Positions 8,996 through 18,369 of a stretch of 64,000 bases of DNA are shown here, in pieces; the stretch's first letter is position 1; each line of letters starts with the position of its first letter. Below the pieces are notes generated by a model. It worked only from the letters and a program-made list of their open reading frames with translations. It was not told the origin of the DNA and ran no database searches. This DNA comes from a bacterium. Lineage in GTDB: Bacteria > Bacillota_I > Bacilli_A > RF39 > UBA660. The stretch lies in NCBI GenBank assembly GCA_963645945.1, contig CAVIUA010000040.1, positions 34,353-98,352 on the forward strand, given 5' to 3'. The position numbers and the translations under genes are program-made.

Positions 8996-10303
8996 TTGAA
9001 AGAAATAGAAAAGGCTTTTATAGTTAATGCAGGTAATTCATATACACCTGATGATTATGGTGTTATTTTATATCGAGATGGTACGCGTGAATATTTAGAT
9101 ACTGGTACATTTTTAGATAGATTAAATAGTGAATCTAATACTTTAAGAGAAATACCAAGTATAACAAAAATGCAATTTGTTACTGATTATTCTTATTTTA
9201 AAGATGAATTTAATGATTTTGTTCATAGTCAGAATAATGTAAAGGACAGAAAAGCAAAAATTGTAATGGAGAGACTTGGTTTGGACTTTAATACAATGTA
9301 TGATATTTATGAATATGAATCATATAAAAAGGCTTCGGATGAAGAATCGGTTAATCGAATTGATTCATTTGTTGATAGATGCTTTGAAATTGCTTCTAGT
9401 GAGTGTAGAAGATCAGGTATTTCTTATAATAGGAATAAAAAAGAAATTATTGAAAGCGTTTTGAGTAAGACAGTAAAAAATGAAAGTTATCCTTCTGGCA
9501 TAGATATAAGTTTTTGTACTAGTCGTGATGCTGTCTATGATAAATATGATGAAGATGTTAATCAAGCTAGTAATAGTAGAGATTTAGATAAAATTTCTAA
9601 AGATTATAGATATATTAGACAATTTTATCTTATTTCTTATTTATCTTCATTTATGGGAAATGAGAGTGATTTTCTTCTTGCTTTAGTTGATAATGCATAT
9701 CCTAATCGGAATTTAATTTTAGAGAATTGGACTGAGTTTTTCTCTGTATGCAGGGAATATTCTGGTATAATTGACGCTGTTAATGAATGTTCAAATGATT
9801 CAGAAAAGTTAAAAGCTGATTTTGATTTACTTAACCTTGAAAGTAATAAGAAATTTATGAATGATTTGGATTTATTACTTGAACATAATCCAGATGAAGA
9901 AACATATTATTTTCATGCTACTAATTCTAGAACTAGTGCACAAAATATCTTGGATAAAGGTTTATATATGTATGCTGATGATTTAAGTTCTACTACTTAT
10001 CCTGAACTTACTAAGAAAGACGTGCTAAGTTATGAATATGGAAATGGATTAGGTAATAGTGCTACATATGTTGTGGTACTTAAGTGTAGAGAAGGAGATA
10101 ATATAGTTAGAAATACAACTGATTTTGAAAAGAAAGAAAGTGTTGGTGTTTCTAGAAGAATGGCTTTGGTTTCTGAAGAATGTGATTATATAGTTGATCC
10201 TGAAAATATCGTTGGATTTATTGATAGAAAAAAAGGAGAGGTTGTTTTTAACAAAATGGTAAAAAAAGATACTAATTCTAAGGAGGGTAAAAATGAAAAG
10301 TAG
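8996..10303 (+). CDS. Hypothetical protein (435 aa) sitting where mutL would normally be
   Basis: TTG start with a GGTGA ribosome-binding site. No Bergerat-fold (GHKL) ATPase motifs, so it is not MutL. The C-terminal region (YYFHATNSRTS...GLYMYADD) gives no confident assignment. Confidence 0.45.
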   Translation: MKEIEKAFIVNAGNSYTPDDYGVILYRDGTREYLDTGTFLDRLNSESNTLREIPSITKMQFVTDYSYFKDEFNDFVHSQNNVKDRKAKIVMERLGLDFNTMYDIYEYESYKKASDEESVNRIDSFVDRCFEIASSECRRSGISYNRNKKEIIESVLSKTVKNESYPSGIDISFCTSRDAVYDKYDEDVNQASNSRDLDKISKDYRYIRQFYLISYLSSFMGNESDFLLALVDNAYPNRNLILENWTEFFSVCREYSGIIDAVNECSNDSEKLKADFDLLNLESNKKFMNDLDLLLEHNPDEETYYFHATNSRTSAQNILDKGLYMYADDLSSTTYPELTKKDVLSYEYGNGLGNSATYVVVLKCREGDNIVRNTTDFEKKESVGVSRRMALVSEECDYIVDPENIVGFIDRKKGEVVFNKMVKKDTNSKEGKNEK

Positions 10304-10697
10304 AAGTGAGTTAAGAGATATTATTGTTAAAGTTCTTTATCAAGCTAATTTGTTTGATGAGGCTAAAGTTAATTATAATGTTGATGAATTAATTAAGGAA
10401 CAATTTGATGTTCAAAACGAGTTTGTTGATACTTGTGTTAAAGGGATATTAGAAAATAAAAAGGAAATTTATAAACTTGCTGATAGTAAGCTTAATAAAT
10501 GGACTATGGATAGATTAAATAAAGTTGATCAAGCTATTATAGCTCTTGGTATTTTTGAACTTAAATATATTGATACACCTAGTGTAGTAGCAATTAATGA
10601 AGCTATTGAATTATCTAAGACTTATTCTGAACCTGCTGTTACTAAAATGATTAATGGCGTTTTAGATAAGATATATCATGATGTAGAAAAATGTTAG
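10293..10697 (+). CDS. nusB: Transcription antitermination factor NusB
   Basis: 134 aa. Sits immediately upstream of xseA, as in the Bacillus nusB-xseA-xseB arrangement. Composition is NusB-like. Confidence 0.7.
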   Translation: MKSRSELRDIIVKVLYQANLFDEAKVNYNVDELIKEQFDVQNEFVDTCVKGILENKKEIYKLADSKLNKWTMDRLNKVDQAIIALGIFELKYIDTPSVVAINEAIELSKTYSEPAVTKMINGVLDKIYHDVEKC

Positions 10698-11960
10698 GTG
10701 AGAAATATGAATGATAAATATATTACAGTTACACAGTTAACTAGATATATTAAGTATAAAATAGATAATGATGTTAATTTAAATGAAGTTTTTCTTAAGG
10801 GTGAAATATCTAATTTTAAAGCACATACTAGAGGACATTATTATTTTACTTTAAAGGATGATGGCAGTAGAATTAACGCTATTATGTTTGCTTCTAGTAC
10901 GAAAAAACTTAAGTTTATGCCAAATGACGGAATGAAGGTTTTAGTTACTGGTAAAATTAGTGTATTTGAGGCAAATGGTGGTTATCAGATTTATGTTAAT
11001 GATATGTTGGAAGATGGTATTGGTAATTTATATATTGCTTATGAACAGTTAAAGAAAAAACTTGAGGCTGAAGGATTATTTGATCAAGCTATTAAGAAAA
11101 AGATTCCTAGAATTCCTAAACGTATTGGTGTAGTTACGGCTCCGACAGGAGCTGCTATTAAAGATATTATTTCAACTATTAAAAGACGTTGGCCCATTGC
11201 TGAGGTATATTTATTTCCAGCCTTGGTTCAAGGTGAAGACGCTAAAGAAGATATAGTTAAGCAAATTCATAATAGTATTAATTATGATATAGATACTTTA
11301 ATTGTTGGTCGTGGTGGAGGAAGTATTGAGGACTTATGGGCATTTAATGAAGAGATAGTTGCACGAGCAATATATGAGTGCCCGGTTCCAGTTATTAGTG
11401 CTGTTGGTCATGAAATAGACTTTACAATAGCTGACTTTGTGGCAGACTTAAGAGCTCCAACTCCTACTGGTGCAGCTGAAATGGCTGTTCCTGATATTAA
11501 TGATATAAAAGCGTATTTAGAACAAATTAAGATTAGACTTAATAAAGCTATTACTAATGATATTAAAATATATAGAGAAAAATTAAATTATTTAAAGTCT
11601 AGACCAGTACTTGTTAATCCAATTACTATATATCAAAATAAAGAAATGATTTTTGATAATATTATTGAAAGACTTAAGTTTAGTATGAAAGATATTGTTA
11701 ATTTAAAAGAAAAAAGATTAATAACTATTAAGAATTCTTATGCTTTGAAAAGTCCATATCAATTAATAGATAAGAAAGCTAATAAGTATTTGCAGATAGT
11801 TTCTAAGTTGGAAACACTTAGTCCATTACTTACTATTAAGAGAGGTTATTCTATAACGAGAATTGATGGTAAAGTATTATCTAGTGTTAAGAAAATTAAA
11901 AAGAAAGATGTTATTACTGTTGAATTTAGTGATGGTAATATAAAAGCGGAGGTATTGTGA
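10698..11960 (+). CDS. xseA: Exodeoxyribonuclease VII large subunit
   Basis: 420 aa. N-terminal OB fold followed by a catalytic core (GRGGGSIEDLWAFNEE). Confidence 0.9.
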   Translation: MRNMNDKYITVTQLTRYIKYKIDNDVNLNEVFLKGEISNFKAHTRGHYYFTLKDDGSRINAIMFASSTKKLKFMPNDGMKVLVTGKISVFEANGGYQIYVNDMLEDGIGNLYIAYEQLKKKLEAEGLFDQAIKKKIPRIPKRIGVVTAPTGAAIKDIISTIKRRWPIAEVYLFPALVQGEDAKEDIVKQIHNSINYDIDTLIVGRGGGSIEDLWAFNEEIVARAIYECPVPVISAVGHEIDFTIADFVADLRAPTPTGAAEMAVPDINDIKAYLEQIKIRLNKAITNDIKIYREKLNYLKSRPVLVNPITIYQNKEMIFDNIIERLKFSMKDIVNLKEKRLITIKNSYALKSPYQLIDKKANKYLQIVSKLETLSPLLTIKRGYSITRIDGKVLSSVKKIKKKDVITVEFSDGNIKAEVL

Positions 11961-12877
11961 TGAGTAAGAAAAATGATTATTCTTTTGGTATATATTTTTA
12001 TATTTTATTAGGAATGAGTTTAGCTGGTACTATATCTTTAGTTATACTTTATTCTATTATTAGCACGTATTCAGTTTGTGCCGATGATTTAATTTATGAA
12101 TTTGTTAGGAGAATTTTTGTTTTCTTTTCTTTAGAAAATGGTATTTTGTATTTATATTGTTTGATTTCACTTATTTTGGCAGGAAAGAAGAAACTCATTA
12201 ATTTTAAAATGATTCTTTTAATTATATTTGCTATTCTTTCTAGTCCTGTTGTTTGTCATTTTATTCAAAATACTATTTCTAGTCTTAATTCATATTTTCA
12301 TGTTGAAGTGAATGGTAATATTGTCACTGATGATAAACCAATGCTATATGTATATCCAACAGAGGATATGGATTTAACTATAAAATTAAAAAATGATAAT
12401 TTAATTACATATTCATATCCTAAGTATAATAATGAATGGAGCGTTCACGCTACTGTTGATGGCAATTTATATGATTATGAAACAGGTAGAAATTATTATG
12501 CATTATTTTGGGAAGGTATTGATAATAATATTTACGATATGAATGAAGGGTTTGTCGTTACTGGTAAAGATACTGTTAAGTTCTTGGAAGAGAAATTAAG
12601 TATACTTGGATTGAATGATAGAGAAATTAATGAGTTTATAGTATATTGGCTACCTAAGATGGAAGATAATAAATATAATTATATAAGATTTAGAACTGAA
12701 GATGAGATAAATACTTATATGCCTATTGAATTTAGTAGTAATCCTGATACTTTAATAAGAATATATATGGATTTTAAAGGATTAGATAAGAAAGTTAATA
12801 TAAAAGAACAAAAGTTAACTAGTGTTAGTAGAGAAGGATTTACTGTTGTTGAATGGGGCGGCAGAGAACTAAAGTAA
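11957..12877 (+). CDS. Hypothetical membrane protein inserted between xseA and xseB
   Basis: Four or five N-terminal transmembrane helices and a soluble C-terminal domain. Overlaps the xseA stop by 4 nt. Confidence 0.5.
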   Translation: MMSKKNDYSFGIYFYILLGMSLAGTISLVILYSIISTYSVCADDLIYEFVRRIFVFFSLENGILYLYCLISLILAGKKKLINFKMILLIIFAILSSPVVCHFIQNTISSLNSYFHVEVNGNIVTDDKPMLYVYPTEDMDLTIKLKNDNLITYSYPKYNNEWSVHATVDGNLYDYETGRNYYALFWEGIDNNIYDMNEGFVVTGKDTVKFLEEKLSILGLNDREINEFIVYWLPKMEDNKYNYIRFRTEDEINTYMPIEFSSNPDTLIRIYMDFKGLDKKVNIKEQKLTSVSREGFTVVEWGGRELK

Positions 12878-12892
12878 GAAAGGAAAAATATT

Positions 12893-13120
12893 ATGGCAGA
12901 AAAAAAAGTTCTAAGTTTTGAAGAGAACTTAGAAAAGTTAGAAACTATTGTTAAAAAGTTAGAAACTGGTGAAGTTCCTTTGGATGAAGCAATAGATAAT
13001 TTTAATGAAGCTATGAAATTAGCTAAAACTTGTGATGAGAAATTAAAAAATGCAGAAGAAGCTATTACTAAATTAGTAAAAGATAATGGCGACGTTGTTG
13101 ATTTTAAAGTAGAAGAGTAG
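12893..13120 (+). CDS. xseB: Exodeoxyribonuclease VII small subunit
   Basis: 75 aa helical protein (FEENLEKLETIVKKLETGEVPLDEAI), typical of XseB. Confidence 0.85.
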   Translation: MAEKKVLSFEENLEKLETIVKKLETGEVPLDEAIDNFNEAMKLAKTCDEKLKNAEEAITKLVKDNGDVVDFKVEE

Positions 13121-13126
13121 AATAAA

Positions 13127-13158
13127 ACCTATGTAAAATTACATAGGTCTTTTTTTTA
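13127..13158. terminator. Bidirectional rho-independent terminator (ACCTATGT/ACATAGGT)
   Basis: 8-bp perfect stem flanked by A-runs and T-runs, between convergent xseB and the DUF1292-like gene. Confidence 0.65.
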
Positions 13159-13378
13159 TTCTTCAATTAAACTCATAGCTAGTTCAAATTCTTCATCATT
13201 ATCTAATGGGTATATTGTTTCTTGATCTACAGTTGTATATTTTCTTATTAAATTATCATTTTCATCATCAAGATTTGATAAATACATATAAGTAGTATCA
13301 CCTGATGTTTTTTCCATAACTACTTCGTATTTTTTGTTATCAATTAATACGTATTCTACTTCTCTTTCTTCAGTCATA
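13156..13378 (-). CDS. DUF1292 (YrzB-like) small acidic protein, 74 aa
   Basis: The real start is the ATG at 13376-13378, preceded by AGGAGG. The ORF-track entry 13156..13467 extends into the upstream gene. Sequence YVLIDNKKYEVV...DDEND...EEFE matches the DUF1292 pattern of Firmicutes. Confidence 0.55.
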
Positions 13379-14290
13379 TTATTTTCCTCCTTTACTAGCT
13401 TGGTCTGTGTTAGTAGCGGATTTTTCTGCTGATGCTGGGAACATAGAGTCAATTTCATTTTGAGCAATTAATGCATCAGCAACATTTTGTTTCCATAAGT
13501 TTACATCTTGTTGGTTACTAGCATTTACTTGTCCTTGGGCACGCATGAATTCTTCTACACTTCCAAATGGTCTATTAACTGAAGCTGTATCTACACTTTG
13601 TAAAACGCGGTTTGCTTCAGCTTCACCCATGTTACTATATAAACCATATACCTCATAATTATCAACTTCACCATCAGCAGAGATGCTTTTTGCAATTCCT
13701 TCTTCGTCGTATTCTAAACCATCACCGGTTGATGTTGTTGTTACATAAGGACTTATATTATCTTCGTAGAATTGTTCTGCATATTGTTGAACTACAGCTT
13801 CTCTTGTTTCATTAAGTTCTTTATTATCTAGGTAGTCTGTTACTTGTATAGTTCCATAAATTCCAGCTGCTCCACCGGCAATTATTCCTAGCGCTAATCC
13901 AATTGTAGCAGCTTTCTTTCCGATAGCTTTTTTAGCTTTTTTAACGGTGTCTGCTTGTTCTTTCCATTCAGCTTTCTTTGGCTTAGCATCTGTAGTTGTT
14001 TTATGTCTTGTGTTACTTGATTTGTGCATTCCAGCAGTATCTTTACTTGAATTTATGTAGGTACGTTCTGCTTTTCTGGCTCTTTCCTTAAATGTTTCTC
14101 TATATATAGCCATTGGGTCATCAATGATTACATAGTCATCTGCTGTTGCAACTAAACTACTTTCAGCAGCTGGTTCTTCTTGTCTTGGGCTGTTAAGATA
14201 TCTATTGTCTTTTGCCCAGTCGTATGCTTTGTCTGAATCAGAAGCAAATTCAGCCATTATGTCATCTAATTCCATATTATTTCTTTCCAT
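13379..14290 (-). CDS. Hypothetical single-pass membrane protein
   Basis: 303 aa. Charged N-terminal region, one transmembrane helix (GLALGIIAGGAAGIYG) and a C-terminal domain. Its stop overlaps the ribosome-binding site of the downstream gene. Confidence 0.45.
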   Translation of the reverse strand: MERNNMELDDIMAEFASDSDKAYDWAKDNRYLNSPRQEEPAAESSLVATADDYVIIDDPMAIYRETFKERARKAERTYINSSKDTAGMHKSSNTRHKTTTDAKPKKAEWKEQADTVKKAKKAIGKKAATIGLALGIIAGGAAGIYGTIQVTDYLDNKELNETREAVVQQYAEQFYEDNISPYVTTTSTGDGLEYDEEGIAKSISADGEVDNYEVYGLYSNMGEAEANRVLQSVDTASVNRPFGSVEEFMRAQGQVNASNQQDVNLWKQNVADALIAQNEIDSMFPASAEKSATNTDQASKGGK

Positions 14291-14335
14291 ATTATCACCT
14301 TATATTAATTATACTTGGTAGTAATTATTTTGTCA

Positions 14336-14380
14336 AAAAAAACGTCAAATTATTTATCTTATTGACGTTTTTGTTTTTTT
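14336..14380. terminator. Bidirectional terminator (AAACGTCAA/TTGACGTTT)
   Basis: 9-bp stem. T-run on the plus strand and A-run on the other side. Lies between 13379..14290 and the sortase gene. Confidence 0.6.
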
Positions 14381-15237
14381 ATTAACTTTGCTTGAACAAC
14401 GACTCTTTCACCATTATTATTTAAACAAGTTGATAAAGTTAGAAATTTATCAGATGTTGATACATTAGTAGACTTATTAGTTATGTTTCTTTTTACCATT
14501 GTATCTAGCCAGGATTGTTTATCATTTTCATTTTTGAAATCTGTTGTTATATAATATGATTCACTCTTTACAGTATAAATTGAAAAGATTTGAAACATCA
14601 TATTTTCTGTAGGAGTAGATAGCCAAATAATATAGTTGTCTTTATTTTCTTGCCAAGACTTTTTTAAAGCGTTTTTTAATGAGCCGAAGACTGTTTTATC
14701 TAATCTTCCATGGCCATAAATTATAGTGTTATCTGACAAATTGTTTACATTATTACGATAATCCATAAAAACCCAGCCAGCATCATTTTTACTTTTATCA
14801 AAAGCTCTACCTAAATAATATTCATTGTCATTTGTTTGAACAACTGGGTAATTTATATTGGTTTCAGCCATATGAATAAAAGCAACAGTATCTTTGTTTT
14901 TTTCTTTTAAGGCTTTAAAATCAACTTCATAGAATGGTAAATTTATATAATACCAGTAATCTGAATTTTTATCATCAGGTGGATTTATGAGTTCTCCTTC
15001 TTCATTATTTACGACAGGTTTTACTTCTTTACTTAAGTCATCAGTTATTTTTTTAATTTTTTTATTATCTAAGTTCCAAGAATAAACTTTATATATTGAT
15101 ATAGCGAGTATTCCTAGAAAAAAGATAAGAAATACACAAAAGGACCAAGGTTTAAGTCTTATTTTCTTTTTCTTATTAATTTGACGATATTCTTCTCTGG
15201 TAATACGAATTTTTTCTTGATTTTTATTATCGTCCAT
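14359..15237 (-). CDS. Class B-like sortase
   Basis: N-terminal membrane anchor. Catalytic His (IIYGHG) and the TLSTC active-site Cys motif. Confidence 0.7.
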   Translation of the reverse strand: MDDNKNQEKIRITREEYRQINKKKKIRLKPWSFCVFLIFFLGILAISIYKVYSWNLDNKKIKKITDDLSKEVKPVVNNEEGELINPPDDKNSDYWYYINLPFYEVDFKALKEKNKDTVAFIHMAETNINYPVVQTNDNEYYLGRAFDKSKNDAGWVFMDYRNNVNNLSDNTIIYGHGRLDKTVFGSLKNALKKSWQENKDNYIIWLSTPTENMMFQIFSIYTVKSESYYITTDFKNENDKQSWLDTMVKRNITNKSTNVSTSDKFLTLSTCLNNNGERVVVQAKLIKKQKRQ

Positions 15238-15385
15238 ATTTTCACCTCGTATGTTGTAATTGTATCAAAATTATTTATTAATAACAAGTTAATCAATTTA
15301 TGTTTTTAAAAAATAAATGGTAAATTTTTAGTAAAATAATTTTTAATATATTACTAATAATAATAATGTAGATTGGTTTTAAGAG

Positions 15386-16387
15386 GTGAATTTTATGAAA
15401 ATTAAAAACAAGCTACATTTGATATTATCTGCACTTCTTTTTTCTTTATTTATTGTACCTGTAAATACTTTTGCTTATTCTAATTATGTTATTTCAGGTG
15501 GTAATACTATAGGTATTGAAGTTCAGTCTAAAGGTGTATTGGTTGTTGGATTTTATAAAATCGATGATAAATACGTAGCACGAGATGCTGGATTTATGAC
15601 AGGAGATATTATTTTAGAAGTTAATAATAATAAAGTTAATGATATTAACTCAATGATTAGTTTAATTGAAAAGACTAATGATAATAATATTTCTTTTAAG
15701 GTACTTAGAAATAGTAAAGAAAAAACTGTTATGATAGAACTTTTAAAAGATTCTAATGGTGTATTAAAAACAGGATTATATGTTAAGGATAAAATTAATG
15801 GTATTGGTACATTAACTTATATTGATCCTGAAAGTAAAGTTTTTGGTGCTTTAGGACATGAAATAATAGAAAGTTCAACAGTGTCTAAGTTCGAAATAAA
15901 GGACGGGAAGATATATGAAGGAACAGTTTCGGGATTTGTTAAAAGTAGAAATGGTAAAGCAGGAGAGAAGAATGCTACTTACGATAAGAATGATGTGTAT
16001 GGAGTTGTAACAGAAAATGAAATAGCTGGGATATTCGGTAAGTATTCAAAAGATATCTCAATGATGGATACAATAGAAGTAGGTAAGATTAATGATATAA
16101 CAACAGGTGATGCGATAATTAGAACAGTTATAGATGGCAATAATGTAGAAGACTTTGACATTAATATTATTAATATAGATACTAAGAATAAAACTAAAAA
16201 TATTTTGTTTGAAATTACTGATAAAAGGCTATTAGATATTACTGGTGGTATAGTACAGGGAATGTCTGGTTCTCCAATTATACAGAATAATAAAATTATA
16301 GGGGCAGTAAATTATGTAATAGTTAATGATACAACTAAGGGATATGGTATATTTATTACAACGATGTTAGAAGAAGGCGATAAATAA
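15386..16387 (+). CDS. spoIVB: Stage IV sporulation protein B (SpoIVB S55 peptidase)
   Basis: Signal sequence, PDZ-like region, and GTLTYIDPE...GALGHEI and GMSGSPII catalytic-serine motifs. Confidence 0.8.
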   Translation: MNFMKIKNKLHLILSALLFSLFIVPVNTFAYSNYVISGGNTIGIEVQSKGVLVVGFYKIDDKYVARDAGFMTGDIILEVNNNKVNDINSMISLIEKTNDNNISFKVLRNSKEKTVMIELLKDSNGVLKTGLYVKDKINGIGTLTYIDPESKVFGALGHEIIESSTVSKFEIKDGKIYEGTVSGFVKSRNGKAGEKNATYDKNDVYGVVTENEIAGIFGKYSKDISMMDTIEVGKINDITTGDAIIRTVIDGNNVEDFDINIINIDTKNKTKNILFEITDKRLLDITGGIVQGMSGSPIIQNNKIIGAVNYVIVNDTTKGYGIFITTMLEEGDK

Positions 16388-16408
16388 GAGACTTTAAGTC
16401 TCTTTTCT
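16386..16408 (+). terminator. Short hairpin terminator after spoIVB (AGAGAC/GTCTCT)
   Basis: 6-bp stem followed by TTTT. Confidence 0.45.
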
Positions 16409-16512
16409 AATTTTACTTAAAAAAGGTAGATTAAATTAAGATATTTTAGCTTAATTTAGTCTTTTTTTTGATGGGAAATTATGCTACAATTTTATTGTAA
16501 GGTGGTATAAAG

Positions 16513-16827
16513 ATGTATATAGATTTAATAGTTTTAATTATTTTAATTTTAGTTGTAGTTATGTTTTTTAAAAGATTTTCATCTTTTGTTTTCTTTATGG
16601 CTATAATTGATATATTACTTAGAATTTTAACTTTTATAAAAAATAATATTGGTTTACCTGATGTATCAGCTTTAATAGGTAAATATGTTCCAGAAAGTAT
16701 ATTTGATATTATTAATAAATATTCATCTGGTACAATTAATTTGATACTTAAATGGGCATTTGTAATTATTATGATTATTTTCTTATCATATATTATTAAA
16801 ATATTTATGAAAAAGAAAAAGATATAG
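16513..16827 (+). CDS. Small membrane protein (104 aa)
   Basis: Three hydrophobic segments and its own terminator. Confidence 0.4.
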   Translation: MYIDLIVLIILILVVVMFFKRFSSFVFFMAIIDILLRILTFIKNNIGLPDVSALIGKYVPESIFDIINKYSSGTINLILKWAFVIIMIIFLSYIIKIFMKKKKI

Positions 16828-16835
16828 TTAATACT

Positions 16836-16862
16836 AAAAACGACAGATAAGTCGTTTTTTTA
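16836..16862 (+). terminator. Rho-independent terminator (AAAAACGAC/GTCGTTTTT)
   Basis: 9-bp stem followed by T7. Confidence 0.65.
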
Positions 16863-16888
16863 TTTGTATAGTTATATTGGTGATATAA

Positions 16889-17659
16889 ATGAAAGTTTAT
16901 TTAGACTTAGTATTTTTACTAAATTTCTTTTTTGATTTTTTATTATTATATGGAACTAGTAAGGTATTGAAGGAAAGGATTTTTATTAAGAAACTTATTT
17001 TAGGTAGTATAGTTGCTTCTTTATCGATATTTTTATTATTTATTAAACTTAACTCAGTAGAATTATTTTGTATTAAGGTTTTGATAAGTATTTTTATTAT
17101 TCTTGTTACCTTTGGAAAAAGTAATTTTATAAAAAACATTAGTTATTTTTATTTACTTAGTGTTATTTTAGGAGGGTGTTTATATTTACTTAATGTTAGT
17201 TTTACTTATAAGAATCAAGGTATTTTATTTATAAATAATGGATTATCTATTAATTTTGTTTTATTTTTAATAGTTAGTCCAATTATTATATTTTGTTATG
17301 TTAGGGAACATATTTTATATAAGAATACGTATGGTAATATGTATGAAGTGTTGATTTGTATTGGTAAAAGAAAATATAAATTAACGGGAATGATAGATAC
17401 TGGTAATCAATTAAAAGATCCTTATAAAAACAGGAGTGTTATTTTAATAAATAATAATATTGATATTTCTTCTGATAAGGTTTTATATGTACCTTATAAG
17501 GCACTTAATACGACTGGTGTTATTAAGTGTTATAAATTGGATGAAGTTGTTATTGATAAGAAAAAGTTTAAGAATTGTTTATTGGGTATTAGTAAGGATA
17601 GATTTAGTTTAAATAATGTTGACTGTATATTACCAAATATATTTAAGGAGGATTTGTAA
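16889..17659 (+). CDS. spoIIGA: Sporulation sigma-E processing aspartic protease SpoIIGA
   Basis: Multi-pass N-terminal membrane domain, a C-terminal DTGN catalytic motif (GMIDTGNQL), and position immediately upstream of the sigma gene. Confidence 0.85.
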   Translation: MKVYLDLVFLLNFFFDFLLLYGTSKVLKERIFIKKLILGSIVASLSIFLLFIKLNSVELFCIKVLISIFIILVTFGKSNFIKNISYFYLLSVILGGCLYLLNVSFTYKNQGILFINNGLSINFVLFLIVSPIIIFCYVREHILYKNTYGNMYEVLICIGKRKYKLTGMIDTGNQLKDPYKNRSVILINNNIDISSDKVLYVPYKALNTTGVIKCYKLDEVVIDKKKFKNCLLGISKDRFSLNNVDCILPNIFKEDL

Positions 17660-18348
17660 TGTTTGTTATTAATTTATTTAAAAAGATATTTTATAAGGTT
17701 ACTAGTATTTTTTATGTAGGAGCAACTGATATGCTTCCAGAACCTTTATCTAAGGAGATGGAAGATTATTATGTTAATTTAAAGGATGATGGTGATTTAA
17801 AAGCTAAGGATATTTTAATTGAACATAATTTAAGATTAGTTGTTTTTCTAGCTAAAAAGTATGAAAATACTGGTGTTGATTTAGAGGATTTAGTTAGTAT
17901 TGGTACTATTGGATTAATTAAGGGTATTAATACTTTTAGTAAGAATAAGAATATAAAACTGGCTACTTATGCATCAAGATGTATTGATAATGAAATACTT
18001 ATGTATCTTCGTAAGAATAAAAGAATTAAATCTGAAGTTAGTATTGATGCATCACTATCTTTTGATGGTGATGGAAATGAGTTGCATTTAGAAGATGTTT
18101 TAGGAACTGATCCAGATATAGTTACAAAAGGAATAGAGGAGGAGACGGAACGTAATTTAATGATTAATGAAGTTATGAGACTTAGACCAAGGGATAGAGA
18201 TATTATGATATTACGTTATGGATTACTTGGTCATGATGAGTTGACACAAAAAGAAGTTGCTGAAAAGTTAGGTATATCACAGTCTTATATTTCTAGAATT
18301 GAAAAAAAGATTATTAAGAGACTCAAAATGCTTGTTAATTATAATTAG
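17659..18348 (+). CDS. sigE: RNA polymerase sporulation sigma factor sigma-E (pro-sigma-E)
   Basis: Pro-sequence followed by sigma-70 regions 2 to 4. The spoIIGA-sigE adjacency is conserved in spore-formers. Confidence 0.85.
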   Translation: MFVINLFKKIFYKVTSIFYVGATDMLPEPLSKEMEDYYVNLKDDGDLKAKDILIEHNLRLVVFLAKKYENTGVDLEDLVSIGTIGLIKGINTFSKNKNIKLATYASRCIDNEILMYLRKNKRIKSEVSIDASLSFDGDGNELHLEDVLGTDPDIVTKGIEEETERNLMINEVMRLRPRDRDIMILRYGLLGHDELTQKEVAEKLGISQSYISRIEKKIIKRLKMLVNYN

Positions 18349-18369
18349 GTTAGTTATAATGTAATTAGA

